Shown: piece by piece, positions 1 through 7,911 of the stretch
How the letters are laid out: the number at the start of each line of letters is the position of its first letter
How positions within the stretch are numbered: the stretch's first letter is position 1
Source: a virus
Lineage: Duplodnaviria > Heunggongvirae > Uroviricota > Caudoviricetes
DNA length: 32,067 bases
IMG/VR virus record: IMGVR_UViG_3300001919_000084
Direction: 5' to 3' (one strand)
Program-made: the position numbers and the translations under genes
Notes under the pieces: model-generated
Databases searched by the model: none
What the model saw: only the letters and a program-made list of their open reading frames with translations
Told to the model about the DNA's origin: nothing

Positions 1-1
1 C

Positions 2-220
2 CCAGGTGCTGCGGATGATTTCCTGTCGGTGATTAACCCGGAATCGCTGGTGATCAAACAAGGCTTTGCTGAACCGTCGCTGAAAGAAGCGGTAGCGGGT
101 AAAGCATTCCAGTTTGAGCGTGAAGGTTATTTCTGCCTCGACAGCCGCCATTCTACGGCGGAAAAACCGGTATTTAACCGCACCGTTGGGCTGCGTGATA
201 CCTGGGCGAAGTTAGGTTAA
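2..220 (+). CDS. glnS: glutaminyl-tRNA synthetase, C-terminal fragment (5' end outside window)
   Basis: Frame open from the window edge to TAA at 218-220; translation ...[72 protein letters not shown] matches the enterobacterial GlnS C-terminus as I recall it. Listed ORF 29-220 is only the part after an internal Met. Confidence 0.75.
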   Translation, partial: PGAADDFLSVINPESLVIKQGFAEPSLKEAVAGKAFQFEREGYFCLDSRHSTAEKPVFNRTVGLRDTWAKLG

Positions 221-246
221 TAGGTATTTCGCCACATGAAAAAGTA

Positions 247-270
247 AACGCCGCTACTGCGGCGTTTTTT
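247..270. terminator. rho-independent terminator shared by convergent glnS and methyltransferase gene
   Basis: Stem aacgccgc / gcggcgtt with loop tact, followed by a T6 run on the plus strand and an A/T run on the minus strand. Confidence 0.6.
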
Positions 271-1174
271 ACTTCATTATTGCAATTATATCGTTAGCAA
301 CTACACGTGTTGACGCCTTGCAGGAAACCGACCGTCTGGCTGCCATATGATGTACTTTAAACCCGTTTCCTTCATATAGTTCACGGATGTTTGGAGCACC
401 ACTATTTGTAATCACTACCTTAGCGCCGCGCTGGTGGGCTTCCACCAATAGAGATACCAGCCGTTTCTGTTCGTCGAAACGGAAGCTATTTCCTGAATAA
501 CTGGTAAACCCTTCTGTATCCGGCAGCGGTTCATACGGCGGATCGCAAAAAATCACATCGCCTTCACCAGCCGCCTCGATGACGCCAGCAAAGTCACCTG
601 ATACAAAGGAAGTGTTTTTGAGTACGTCATCAGCCAAAAATGCCTCCATCTCTGCATGTGGGAAGTAGGGCGCTTTGTATTTACCATACCCTACGTTGAA
701 CTCGCCATTTTGGTTGTACCGTGTTACGCCATTAAAACAGTGCCGATTAAGGTACAAAAAGGCAGCAGCATGATGTAGTTGGTCATACTTTCCTCTGTTA
801 AATGCCTCACGCACTTCGAGGTAAGCGTCAGCGTTGTTGTAATTTTGGAAAAAACTATATGACAGCGTGACTAGAGAATGTCTTTCTCGCTGCAATGTCT
901 GATAGAAGTTAATCAAGTCACCGTTAATATCATTAAGCAGGTTGTGGCGAAATCCTGCATTCGTAAATACGGAACCGCCACCAACGAATGGTTCTATTAA
1001 CCGCTTACCGTGTGGTAGATGCTCAAGCACTATAGGCAACTCTGAAAATTTACCGCCTACCCATTTGAAGATCGGACGCTCGTATTCATCCGGAGTCCGA
1101 ATGGTGCGCATATAGCTAATTTCCGCCATCGAATCATGTCTTTCTATGGCTGTGCTTACTAGAGATTTACTCAT
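269..1174 (-). CDS. Dam-like N6-adenine DNA methyltransferase
   Basis: ORF 269-1231 trimmed to ATG at 1174 (preceded by AAGGGGG). FKWVGGK near the N-terminus, DPPY motif and Dam-like length. ATG overlaps the stop of the upstream gene by 8 nt. Confidence 0.8.
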   Translation of the reverse strand: MSKSLVSTAIERHDSMAEISYMRTIRTPDEYERPIFKWVGGKFSELPIVLEHLPHGKRLIEPFVGGGSVFTNAGFRHNLLNDINGDLINFYQTLQRERHSLVTLSYSFFQNYNNADAYLEVREAFNRGKYDQLHHAAAFLYLNRHCFNGVTRYNQNGEFNVGYGKYKAPYFPHAEMEAFLADDVLKNTSFVSGDFAGVIEAAGEGDVIFCDPPYEPLPDTEGFTSYSGNSFRFDEQKRLVSLLVEAHQRGAKVVITNSGAPNIRELYEGNGFKVHHMAARRSVSCKASTRVVANDIIAIMK

Positions 1175-1817
1175 AGAGCACCCCCTTATTTGCTTCGAAA
1201 ACTGCTTTTGCGAATCCATTCGGAGTAGCACTTCGAAAATTAGCCCTTTCAGGCCCAGGTGGCGCGGTATGGATTCTGTTATCTGGCTTGCCTAATGATT
1301 CGTCCATTAGGGCATCAGGCATGACAAAGCCCTGCCCGCTCCAGAGGCATGTTTTTTTGGTGTAATTGTCTTCCTTGCAATATGCAGTGAAGTGGTAAGG
1401 ATGGAAGATGTGATCAGGTTTACGCCAGAATGTCGATATTTGGCTGACCGGGTTTTCAATCATGTACGGGCAACCAATCATCTTTGCAATGTCGTAACAC
1501 TGCCAGACGACTTGCATCGCTTTGAACTGGAAAACCGGATCTTTGTCAGCCTTATGTGCAAACCAGCGCGCACCGGAAACAGCAAGGTCCGTGCACGGCG
1601 GAAAACCAGCTAAAAACACAATACGTTGTAAATTATTTCGGAGAAAAGCATAAACTTCATCACTATCGATAATCGCACTGATACGTGTCAGAACTGCGCC
1701 TGATTGCATCAGCTCATCTGTGGTCTTTGCGTGTTGTGGATCGACGATAACAGCATCTATACCATGCTCCAGCCAGGGGGCGACCATTTTCCCCGTGAAA
1801 TCACAAAGACTCACCAT
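1167..1817 (-). CDS. DNA methyltransferase-like protein with cytosine-5 MTase-type motifs
   Basis: ORF 1167-1946; chosen start is ATG at 1817, 14 nt after the rdgC stop (alternative ATG at 1787). Motifs resemble C5-MTase motif I (LCDFTGKM), motif IV (GFPPC) and ENV-like (MIENPV), but the protein is short (216 aa) and lacks an obvious target-recognition domain. Confidence 0.4.
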   Translation of the reverse strand: MVSLCDFTGKMVAPWLEHGIDAVIVDPQHAKTTDELMQSGAVLTRISAIIDSDEVYAFLRNNLQRIVFLAGFPPCTDLAVSGARWFAHKADKDPVFQFKAMQVVWQCYDIAKMIGCPYMIENPVSQISTFWRKPDHIFHPYHFTAYCKEDNYTKKTCLWSGQGFVMPDALMDESLGKPDNRIHTAPPGPERANFRSATPNGFAKAVFEANKGVLYE

Positions 1818-1830
1818 AAGAGGTCTATTG

Positions 1831-2736
1831 TTAACGTTCTGCTTCACCACCAACGGCCTCCACCAGCGAAGTGAACATCGCTGATAATTCAGCAGTAAAC
1901 AGGATAAAGTCAGCGTCAAATCGTTGAGCAACATCCTCTCGATCAATATCGTCGTTCTGGTCGTACAATTCGTCGCTGAACGACAAAGCCTTGATACTCA
2001 TATCGTCATTCAGTCTGAAAAATGCACGGTCTTGCCAGTTAACCGCAACTGTGGTTGCAACCTTACCAGCTTCTATATGACTCATGATCTCGTCGGATAG
2101 CAGGTCCACTTTTTTGCAGCGGACCGCGCCGCCATCATCAAGCAATGCTTTTAAGGTCGCTTCCTCACCGGCACGGAAACCGTTCGGGAAGCCATTTTTA
2201 ATCCAGCCAGTGATGGTCAGTTCTAATGGGTCTTTCGGAGAGAAGGGGACAACGGGCAAGCTGCCAAGAGATTTCCGTAACAAAGCCAGCTGATCCTCTG
2301 CTTTTTTAGCACTGCTCGCCTCGACAAAAACCAGATGATTGCTTCGGTCTATCAGGATTTTAGCGACTGATTTTCTCGTGAAAGCACGAGGAAGAAGAGA
2401 GTGAAGCACTTCATCCTTCAGCGAATCTTTTTCGGTCTTCTTCAGCTTTCTGTCTTGTTCTTCTTCAAGTTTCAGGATTTTTTTCTGTAGCTCTTCTTTG
2501 AGCACTTGAGAAGGTAGGATTTTTTCCTCTCGTTTATGCTGTATCAGAAGAAAACCCTTGTATTCATGGGTGAGGTTGTCGCCAAGGACGGGGGTCCAAC
2601 CAGCTTTAGCAATATCCTGAGAACCGCATGGGGTAAACACAAACTTGTTAAGGGCAGCATTTACTTCTGCGGTATCCCAGTTAACTTCGCGTGAAAGACG
2701 ATAGATGAAGATATTTTTGAAAGCGACTGATCTCAT
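1831..2736 (-). CDS. rdgC: RdgC-like recombination-associated protein
   Basis: 301 aa; [12 protein letters not shown]...FTPCGSQD...EEKILPS...[24 protein letters not shown]...[23 protein letters not shown]...[15 protein letters not shown]...GGEA align along the full length with E. coli RdgC as I recall it. Confidence 0.85.
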   Translation of the reverse strand: MRSVAFKNIFIYRLSREVNWDTAEVNAALNKFVFTPCGSQDIAKAGWTPVLGDNLTHEYKGFLLIQHKREEKILPSQVLKEELQKKILKLEEEQDRKLKKTEKDSLKDEVLHSLLPRAFTRKSVAKILIDRSNHLVFVEASSAKKAEDQLALLRKSLGSLPVVPFSPKDPLELTITGWIKNGFPNGFRAGEEATLKALLDDGGAVRCKKVDLLSDEIMSHIEAGKVATTVAVNWQDRAFFRLNDDMSIKALSFSDELYDQNDDIDREDVAQRFDADFILFTAELSAMFTSLVEAVGGEAER

Positions 2737-2749
2737 GTCTCACCATTTA

Positions 2750-2779
2750 TGTTAGAAAATGCATGTTAATTATCTAACA
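2750..2779. promoter_or_regulatory. inverted repeat TGTTAGA-N16-TCTAACA (operator-like site 1)
   Basis: tgttagaaaatgcatgttaattatctaaca: 7-bp arms, 16-bp spacer, in the 57-bp gap between the spike-like gene and rdgC. Same architecture recurs at 15025-15054 and 20016-20045. Confidence 0.4.
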
Positions 2780-2795
2780 CAAATGGGTGCATTTT

Positions 2796-3449
2796 CTATC
2801 CTTTCTTGAAATCGAAGTTGCCAGCAGTGGCCTGAAAGGTTCCTCCTGCCTTGAAAGCTATGTCCCCGTTAGCGGTGACAGCTATATTTTCCCCATTAAC
2901 ATTGATGTTGTTGGCTGATTTGACGTTAACACTCCCTCCTGCATTCACGATTACATCAGCCGGACCAATGATATATATCTGCCCGGACTCATTCATGCCA
3001 ATCCTTGAGCCAGCTGCCGTATTGGCAATTTCATAGCCGCCACCAGCAGTTCGTACTTCAAGAATATTGTTGCGGTGAATAACGAAGTCTTTCGTTGCTG
3101 AGATTTGGGGGCGGGGAGGTGCTCCATCTACTTCCGGCGGCGTCCAGCCGTTGCCTTTGCCAGATGCTTCTGGTGCAACGTTTGGAATTCCTCCCGGTGC
3201 ATCCTGAGCGGCACCAACTATCATTGGGCGTCTGGTGTCTATTCGACCGTTAACATCTAAATAAGGAAACTCTACCCAGACCAGGTCACCTTTGACTGTA
3301 GGTACAAAAGCGTTCCCGATGGGTAACTGGTATTCCGCCCAGGGTAGATCGTCATCAGGAACGCCATTCCAGTCAGGTAAAACACGGACTTGAGCACGCA
3401 TAAGCCCTGCCGGGTGCACAGTTCCAACAATTTGCGCTCTACGCTTCAT
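2796..3449 (-). CDS. phage baseplate spike-like protein (gpV/gp5-type OB-fold plus beta-helix)
   Basis: N-terminus IVGTVHPAGLMRAQVRVLPDW...LPWAEYQLPIG...VKGDLVWVEFPY resembles the gp5/gpV/VgrG OB-fold signature. C-terminus carries short G/N/V beta-helix-type repeats (NAGGSVNVKSANNINVNGENIAVTANGDIAF). ATGA overlap with the upstream gene. Confidence 0.5.
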   Translation of the reverse strand: MKRRAQIVGTVHPAGLMRAQVRVLPDWNGVPDDDLPWAEYQLPIGNAFVPTVKGDLVWVEFPYLDVNGRIDTRRPMIVGAAQDAPGGIPNVAPEASGKGNGWTPPEVDGAPPRPQISATKDFVIHRNNILEVRTAGGGYEIANTAAGSRIGMNESGQIYIIGPADVIVNAGGSVNVKSANNINVNGENIAVTANGDIAFKAGGTFQATAGNFDFKKG

Positions 3450-4426
3450 TTGTTCGGCACTCCCAATATCATTCGTGTTGTGTAGCCTACGCGGTCCTCA
3501 AAGTGCGCAACATTTTTTACTATCAGCTTACGGGGCATTGATTCATCAATGCGGTTTTCCTGGTCATAGCGGTATACGATAATCTCTATTACCATCCCCG
3601 GTTTTATATCAGGATTGCCTGCGACTTCTATATCCATTTTGGGGACGAGAGACAGCTGCATATTGCGAAGAGTTTCCATATCAGAGTCGGATATATAACG
3701 CACTGGGAGTGAGCTATCGCCATATTCGACGTAGCCATCGGTCATGGAATACCCAACAAAACGATATTGATTCTTTGCTGTTGACGCATGTTCCTGTTGG
3801 AGTAGGCGCATTTTTGACAAAGTGTATTCTGCTTTAGGGTTATTCCCCTCGTAGGTAAATGATGGCGTTTGCTTCATCAGATCAGCCAGGGTGTAAAAGT
3901 TAAATTCCCCCCGACATACCCAACACAATGCACCTTTGTCTCGCGCTATCTCCGAAAGCATTTTTGACGGTTTGTCACCAGCATTCAGATGATATGTAAC
4001 TGCGCGTTTTAGCACGCTGCTGGTAATTTTAAGCTTGCCGGAATATGCCTTGAATATAGCGTCTGGTGTTTTGTTGGTATGTAAATTTGTGCGCGGGGAG
4101 GGGATCTTAAACCTGCGCACGTCTTCACTGACAGCAATAACGGTAACAACATCACCAGCCAGCATTGCAGACGTAACAAAGAAATCTGTTTTAAAAGTGC
4201 CTGCATTACCGTTTGGATCGCCCATTTCAGCCACCAGCGATGCACCGTATTTGGCTTTCCAGTCATCAATTACGGTGCCGGTAGCGTCATGAATTTCCAG
4301 TTTTAGCAAAGGGGCTTTGAGGCTGGTTTTTTCTACATATACTGCGGTAAAAATCCAGTCTCGTGGCACTTTGTTATCGTTAATGAGCACTGACTGTAGA
4401 AAATATTGTTGTAACTCCTGGGCCAC
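3446..4426 (-). CDS. hypothetical protein (326 aa), possible baseplate-hub partner of the spike-like protein
   Basis: Long ORF with GTG start preceded by GGGGTGA; tightly coupled to flanking genes. Hub assignment is inferred from gene order only. Confidence 0.5.
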   Translation of the reverse strand: MAQELQQYFLQSVLINDNKVPRDWIFTAVYVEKTSLKAPLLKLEIHDATGTVIDDWKAKYGASLVAEMGDPNGNAGTFKTDFFVTSAMLAGDVVTVIAVSEDVRRFKIPSPRTNLHTNKTPDAIFKAYSGKLKITSSVLKRAVTYHLNAGDKPSKMLSEIARDKGALCWVCRGEFNFYTLADLMKQTPSFTYEGNNPKAEYTLSKMRLLQQEHASTAKNQYRFVGYSMTDGYVEYGDSSLPVRYISDSDMETLRNMQLSLVPKMDIEVAGNPDIKPGMVIEIIVYRYDQENRIDESMPRKLIVKNVAHFEDRVGYTTRMILGVPNK

Positions 4427-4429
4427 TTA

Positions 4430-5197
4430 TCACCCCATAGATATCGAGGTTTCGGTAATAATACGTTTTGCGTCCAACTCCCATGCTGTGATCACGTCTG
4501 CAATCACACTTATCGGCGCTTGTGTGGCATAAATACGCTCTTCTCCAATTGGTGCTGAAACATCCGTAAAGCCGACTTCTTTGGCATCCTGTATCGAGCA
4601 AATCAGCGGGACCGGGACACGAACAAGGTGAGTGGTTGCTTCAAATTGTGTACCTGTCATCAGGCGAAGCCGTGCGCCCAGCGAATTACACATCAGACTC
4701 ATGGTCGCTTTATCAGTTGCCATTAACGTAACGTCATACGTCAGAATGGCCTGGGTGTATTCCAGTTCTGCTAAAGGCGTTCCGGTATCTGGTTCGCAAA
4801 AACTGGCTACTTTTTTGCGGTCAATCTGCTGATCATCGTTGATATAATTGATATCCATAGTGCGTGAGATATTGACCAGGGGGAGAGCATCCCGGTTAAT
4901 GTTCTGGTTTTCAGGTTTTCTCCCTTGCCCGGCATTTGCGCGACGAACTGCTTTAAGAAACTCGATCGCATTGTCGAAACGGGCCATATAGACACGCTCT
5001 GCTGGTGGACGATTCAGGAATGACGCAAAGCGTTTTTCTTCCGGCGCGGGGGCCACCAGTAAGATATCAGAAAAAATGTTGCTGATTAGCGTCGCAAACG
5101 CGTTATCCACGTTTTCAAAGCCCGTGGTCTGGAATTTTCCTGTGCGTAAGGTTTGCCATTCACCGGTTCGCGCCAGGAGGGTTTTATTTGAAGTCAT
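4430..5197 (-). CDS. hypothetical protein (255 aa)
   Basis: Long ORF whose ATG overlaps the upstream stop (ATGA); no motif recognised. Confidence 0.5.
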   Translation of the reverse strand: MTSNKTLLARTGEWQTLRTGKFQTTGFENVDNAFATLISNIFSDILLVAPAPEEKRFASFLNRPPAERVYMARFDNAIEFLKAVRRANAGQGRKPENQNINRDALPLVNISRTMDINYINDDQQIDRKKVASFCEPDTGTPLAELEYTQAILTYDVTLMATDKATMSLMCNSLGARLRLMTGTQFEATTHLVRVPVPLICSIQDAKEVGFTDVSAPIGEERIYATQAPISVIADVITAWELDAKRIITETSISMG

Positions 5198-5985
5198 TCG
5201 ATCACTCCGTTTTGAGTCGTATCAAAATTCCTGGCAGGTATGCAGTAGTAAAGCGAACCAACATGCTGTGTGCCGTAGCTAAAAATACGGTGCACGTACC
5301 ACCAGCGGCGGGCTACGCCGTTTACCATCTCTTCATTCCATTCAAGAATTGAGCCGACGGGGACGTTATTTGCTGCAATACGCAGAATCAGAACATCATC
5401 GGTTAAGCCATCCTGCTCACCGTCTGCGTCAATCGCATGGAAAGAGTCACGCCCGTCAGGGTTATCCAGCACATAAACGATTTCAGGTTCCTGGTAAGTC
5501 AGTTCGCGTTGGTTGTTATCCAGTTCAGTGAATGACTCTTCTCCTGTTTCGTCGCTGACTACCCCATATGTGCCAACATCTGGTCGATATAAGAGAGCCT
5601 GAAACGCGTCTGGGCTGGATTCAATAATCAGCATCCAGTCTGCGCGGATTTGGTCGTTAAAGGCTTTATGCCCGTTATAGCGTGCTTTTAGCTGTGGAGT
5701 TGGTTCTCTGCCAGCCAGGGAAGGAGGAAGTATGGCTATATCTGATTCGCCAGCATCCGGAGTAAGGCCACCGTTGCTATCAGCAAAATTATCATGGCTA
5801 TCAGCTTTGGCGGCGGGTTGCTCTTCCAGAATGCTGAATGAATCCGAACCGGTATTGCCATGTTCCGGCGCGCCTCCTGCATTCGCTTCAATCGGCGCTG
5901 GCGTTTCTCTCTGCGTGCTGTCATGTTCTGACTCCTTACTTGCCAGGTTTGCATCGTCAGCAAACCATTCGTCAAAACGGCCCAT
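5194..5985 (-). CDS. hypothetical protein with acidic low-complexity N-terminal half
   Basis: ORF 5194-5997 trimmed to ATG at 5985 (GAGG 6 nt upstream). N-terminal ~100 aa are D/E/S/G/P/A-rich; the C-terminal ~160 aa look globular. First gene of the leftward operon. Confidence 0.5.
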   Translation of the reverse strand: MGRFDEWFADDANLASKESEHDSTQRETPAPIEANAGGAPEHGNTGSDSFSILEEQPAAKADSHDNFADSNGGLTPDAGESDIAILPPSLAGREPTPQLKARYNGHKAFNDQIRADWMLIIESSPDAFQALLYRPDVGTYGVVSDETGEESFTELDNNQRELTYQEPEIVYVLDNPDGRDSFHAIDADGEQDGLTDDVLILRIAANNVPVGSILEWNEEMVNGVARRWWYVHRIFSYGTQHVGSLYYCIPARNFDTTQNGVIE

Positions 5986-6079
5986 AAGCATCCTCAAAGG
6001 TCGATCTGTCAGGTATCGAAAGGAAGATTTTCGGGAGATTGTGATTTTGGATGAAGGAGGGGGAATTCATAAAATGCAC

Positions 6080-6108
6080 TTGCGCACAGTGCAACAGTGC
6101 GCTATAGT
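6080..6108 (+). promoter_or_regulatory. higBA promoter/operator candidate
   Basis: TTGCGC (-35-like), 17 bp, TATAGT (-10-like), with inverted repeat GCGCAC-N9-GTGCGC (6082-6102) and direct repeat ACAGTGC x2 overlapping the spacer; about 40 bp upstream of higB. Confidence 0.4.
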
Positions 6109-6147
6109 TATGGCATTCGGTAATCATCACGGAGGATCAAATGACTA

Positions 6148-6450
6148 ATGACCAAAAAAATTAACATAAAGGATTTCAGGGATGCGTGGCTTGATGATTT
6201 TTTTGAATTTTCAACACCACATAGAAAGATACCTCCTGATATTCATATGACATTGTCACGGAAGTTGGACATTATCAATGCCGCAACTACCTGTAAGGAT
6301 TTAAGATCACCACCAGGTAATCGGTATGAGGAACTGTCAGGGAAGCTAAATGGCTATTCATCAGTAAGGGTGAATAAGCAATATAGGTTAATTTTTAAGT
6401 GGGTTAACGGAAAGGCCGAGGACTTGTATCTCGACCCTCACAAATACTAA
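6148..6450 (+). CDS. higB: HigB-family toxin (RelE/ParE superfamily)
   Basis: 100 aa; KDLRSPPGNRYEELSGKLNGYSSVRVNKQYRLIFKWVNGKAEDLYLDPHKY matches the HigB killer-protein signature; GGAGG upstream; followed by a HigA-like gene. Confidence 0.8.
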   Translation: MTKKINIKDFRDAWLDDFFEFSTPHRKIPPDIHMTLSRKLDIINAATTCKDLRSPPGNRYEELSGKLNGYSSVRVNKQYRLIFKWVNGKAEDLYLDPHKY

Positions 6451-6520
6451 AACAGATACCCGGTTACGGACCGGGTTCTGACCAGAGTCCACTTAATACG
6501 TACGCTAGTAAGGGCAAAAA

Positions 6521-6859
6521 ATGAAACAGGCAACCAGAAAACCGACGACCGTAGGTGATATCCTGCTGTACGAATACCTGGAGCCGTTAGAGCTGAAGAT
6601 CAACGAGTTAGCAGAAATACTTCATGTTCATCGTAACACCGTAAGTGCTCTTGTTAATAATAATCGTAAGCTAACGATGGATATGGCATATCGCCTGGCA
6701 AAAGCATTCGATACTTCTGTAGATTTTTGGATTAATCTTCAGACCGCAGTAGATCTGTGGGAAGTCGAAAATGATATGCGCGTTCAGGAAGAGTTAAGTC
6801 GTATCAATACTGCTGAAAAATTTATTTCTCAGCGGAACCTGAATAAAAAAGCAGCCTGA
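6521..6859 (+). CDS. higA: HigA-family antitoxin (XRE-type HTH)
   Basis: 112 aa; VGDILLYEYLEPLELKINELAEILHVHRNTVSALVNNNRKLTMDMAYRLAKAFDTSVDFWINLQ is a typical HigA HTH; AAGGG upstream. Confidence 0.8.
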   Translation: MKQATRKPTTVGDILLYEYLEPLELKINELAEILHVHRNTVSALVNNNRKLTMDMAYRLAKAFDTSVDFWINLQTAVDLWEVENDMRVQEELSRINTAEKFISQRNLNKKAA

Positions 6860-6880
6860 TATAGTAAAACACATACAAAA

Positions 6881-6908
6881 AGCCCACTTAGCAAGTGGGC
6901 TTTCCTTT
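6881..6908 (+). terminator. rho-independent terminator after higA
   Basis: Stem agcccactt / aagtgggct with loop agc, followed by tttcctttg. Confidence 0.55.
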
Positions 6909-6915
6909 GTAATTA

Positions 6916-7116
6916 ATGAACATTAAACCTATCCGTACAGAACAAGATTATGAGGCCGCACTGCGTGCGGTCAAACCGATGTTCGATAACGAACCGGAAA
7001 TGAATACTCCGGAAGGTGATTTCTTTGAGGTTATGAGTCTTCTCATTGAGGAGTACGAGAAGAAACATTACCCAATTCAGCCACCATCACCTGTTGAATC
7101 TTTTAACTATCCATAA
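6916..7116 (+). pseudogene. HigA/antitoxin-like N-terminal domain fragment lacking an HTH
   Basis: 66-aa ORF MNIKPIRTEQDYEAALRAVKPMFDNEPEMNTPEGDFFEVMSLLIEEYEKKHYPI resembles the N-terminal domain of K-12-type HigA/XRE antitoxins but stops before any HTH; no SD, starts just after a terminator. Confidence 0.35.
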
Positions 7117-7137
7117 TAAAAGTAATCAGGATAAGCT

Positions 7138-7866
7138 ATGATGTCAGAAAAAGTTAAAGATAATCCGTCTATAAATGAAACAGAACTAAAATCATTTTCT
7201 GAAATAATAAAAGATAAAATATTTAACAAGGTTTTTGCATATGTTGTCATTTCTTTTCTAATTTTTAACTGGAAGGATATTTTAATTATATTAAAGTCAA
7301 AGGACGACATCCTATATACATTATCTATTGTTTTTGTTGGTGGTAATGTCCCGTTCTTTGATAATTGGATTGTATCCCCGTGGGTTTATCACTTTGTAAT
7401 CCCATTTGGTTATGGGGTATTTGCATCTGTGTTAGCTCCTATTCTCACACTGAAGATATCTAAGCTAACAAGTAAATTATACACTGAAATAAGATATTTA
7501 GATGAAGATGCTGATTATGATAAAAGAATAGAATTGCAAAGAAAGAAAACAAAGTTAAATCAAGCAACCAATGACGCTAAATATTCAAAACAAATCTTAG
7601 ATGAAAATGAAAATAAACTTAATGACCTAGCTACGAAACAGCGAGAAATTTGTGGCGCGATAAAACTATTGCATTCTGATGTTGGCAGTATTATTGAACT
7701 ATATAAAAATAAGGGGGTTAGCATTGAATCTCCGCAAGATTTATGTGATTTTATAGTCGCTATAAAAAGCACATCATTCTATAATGATGACAAGCATTTT
7801 AATAAATTGGTGTCTGATATTTCCAGTTTGTTTGATAATACTGGAATTGATCTTTCAAAAAAATGA
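7138..7866 (+). CDS. AT-rich membrane protein with cytoplasmic coiled-coil domain (accessory gene)
   Basis: 242 aa; AGGA 7 nt upstream; visibly lower GC than neighbours; predicted hydrophobic helices (VFAYVVISFLIFNW, ILYTLSIVFVGG, VIPFGYGVFASVLAPILTL) followed by a K/E/N-rich helical region. Confidence 0.6.
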   Translation: MMSEKVKDNPSINETELKSFSEIIKDKIFNKVFAYVVISFLIFNWKDILIILKSKDDILYTLSIVFVGGNVPFFDNWIVSPWVYHFVIPFGYGVFASVLAPILTLKISKLTSKLYTEIRYLDEDADYDKRIELQRKKTKLNQATNDAKYSKQILDENENKLNDLATKQREICGAIKLLHSDVGSIIELYKNKGVSIESPQDLCDFIVAIKSTSFYNDDKHFNKLVSDISSLFDNTGIDLSKK

Positions 7867-7872
7867 AAGCCC

Positions 7873-7911
7873 AGCATAAACTACTAGGCTATGTGTGGTT
7901 TATGCTTTTTT
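7873..7911. terminator. bidirectional terminator between convergent genes
   Basis: Stem agcataaac / gtttatgct with a 16-nt loop and a T6 run; overlaps the 3' end of the minus-strand gene. Confidence 0.45.

Noticed and set aside
29-220. ORF-track entry treated as a 63-aa stand-alone gene
   Set aside because: The frame is open to the window edge and the sequence is the C-terminus of GlnS; the Met at 29 is internal.
4009-4292. Pair of overlapping short ORFs on both strands inside the 326-aa gene
   Set aside because: Embedded within a longer, coupled ORF; shadow frames.
5732-6148. Plus-strand ORF (138 aa) and minus-strand ORF 5736-5975
   Set aside because: Both overlap the 5' part of the 5194-5985 gene and the divergent promoter region; low-complexity composition.
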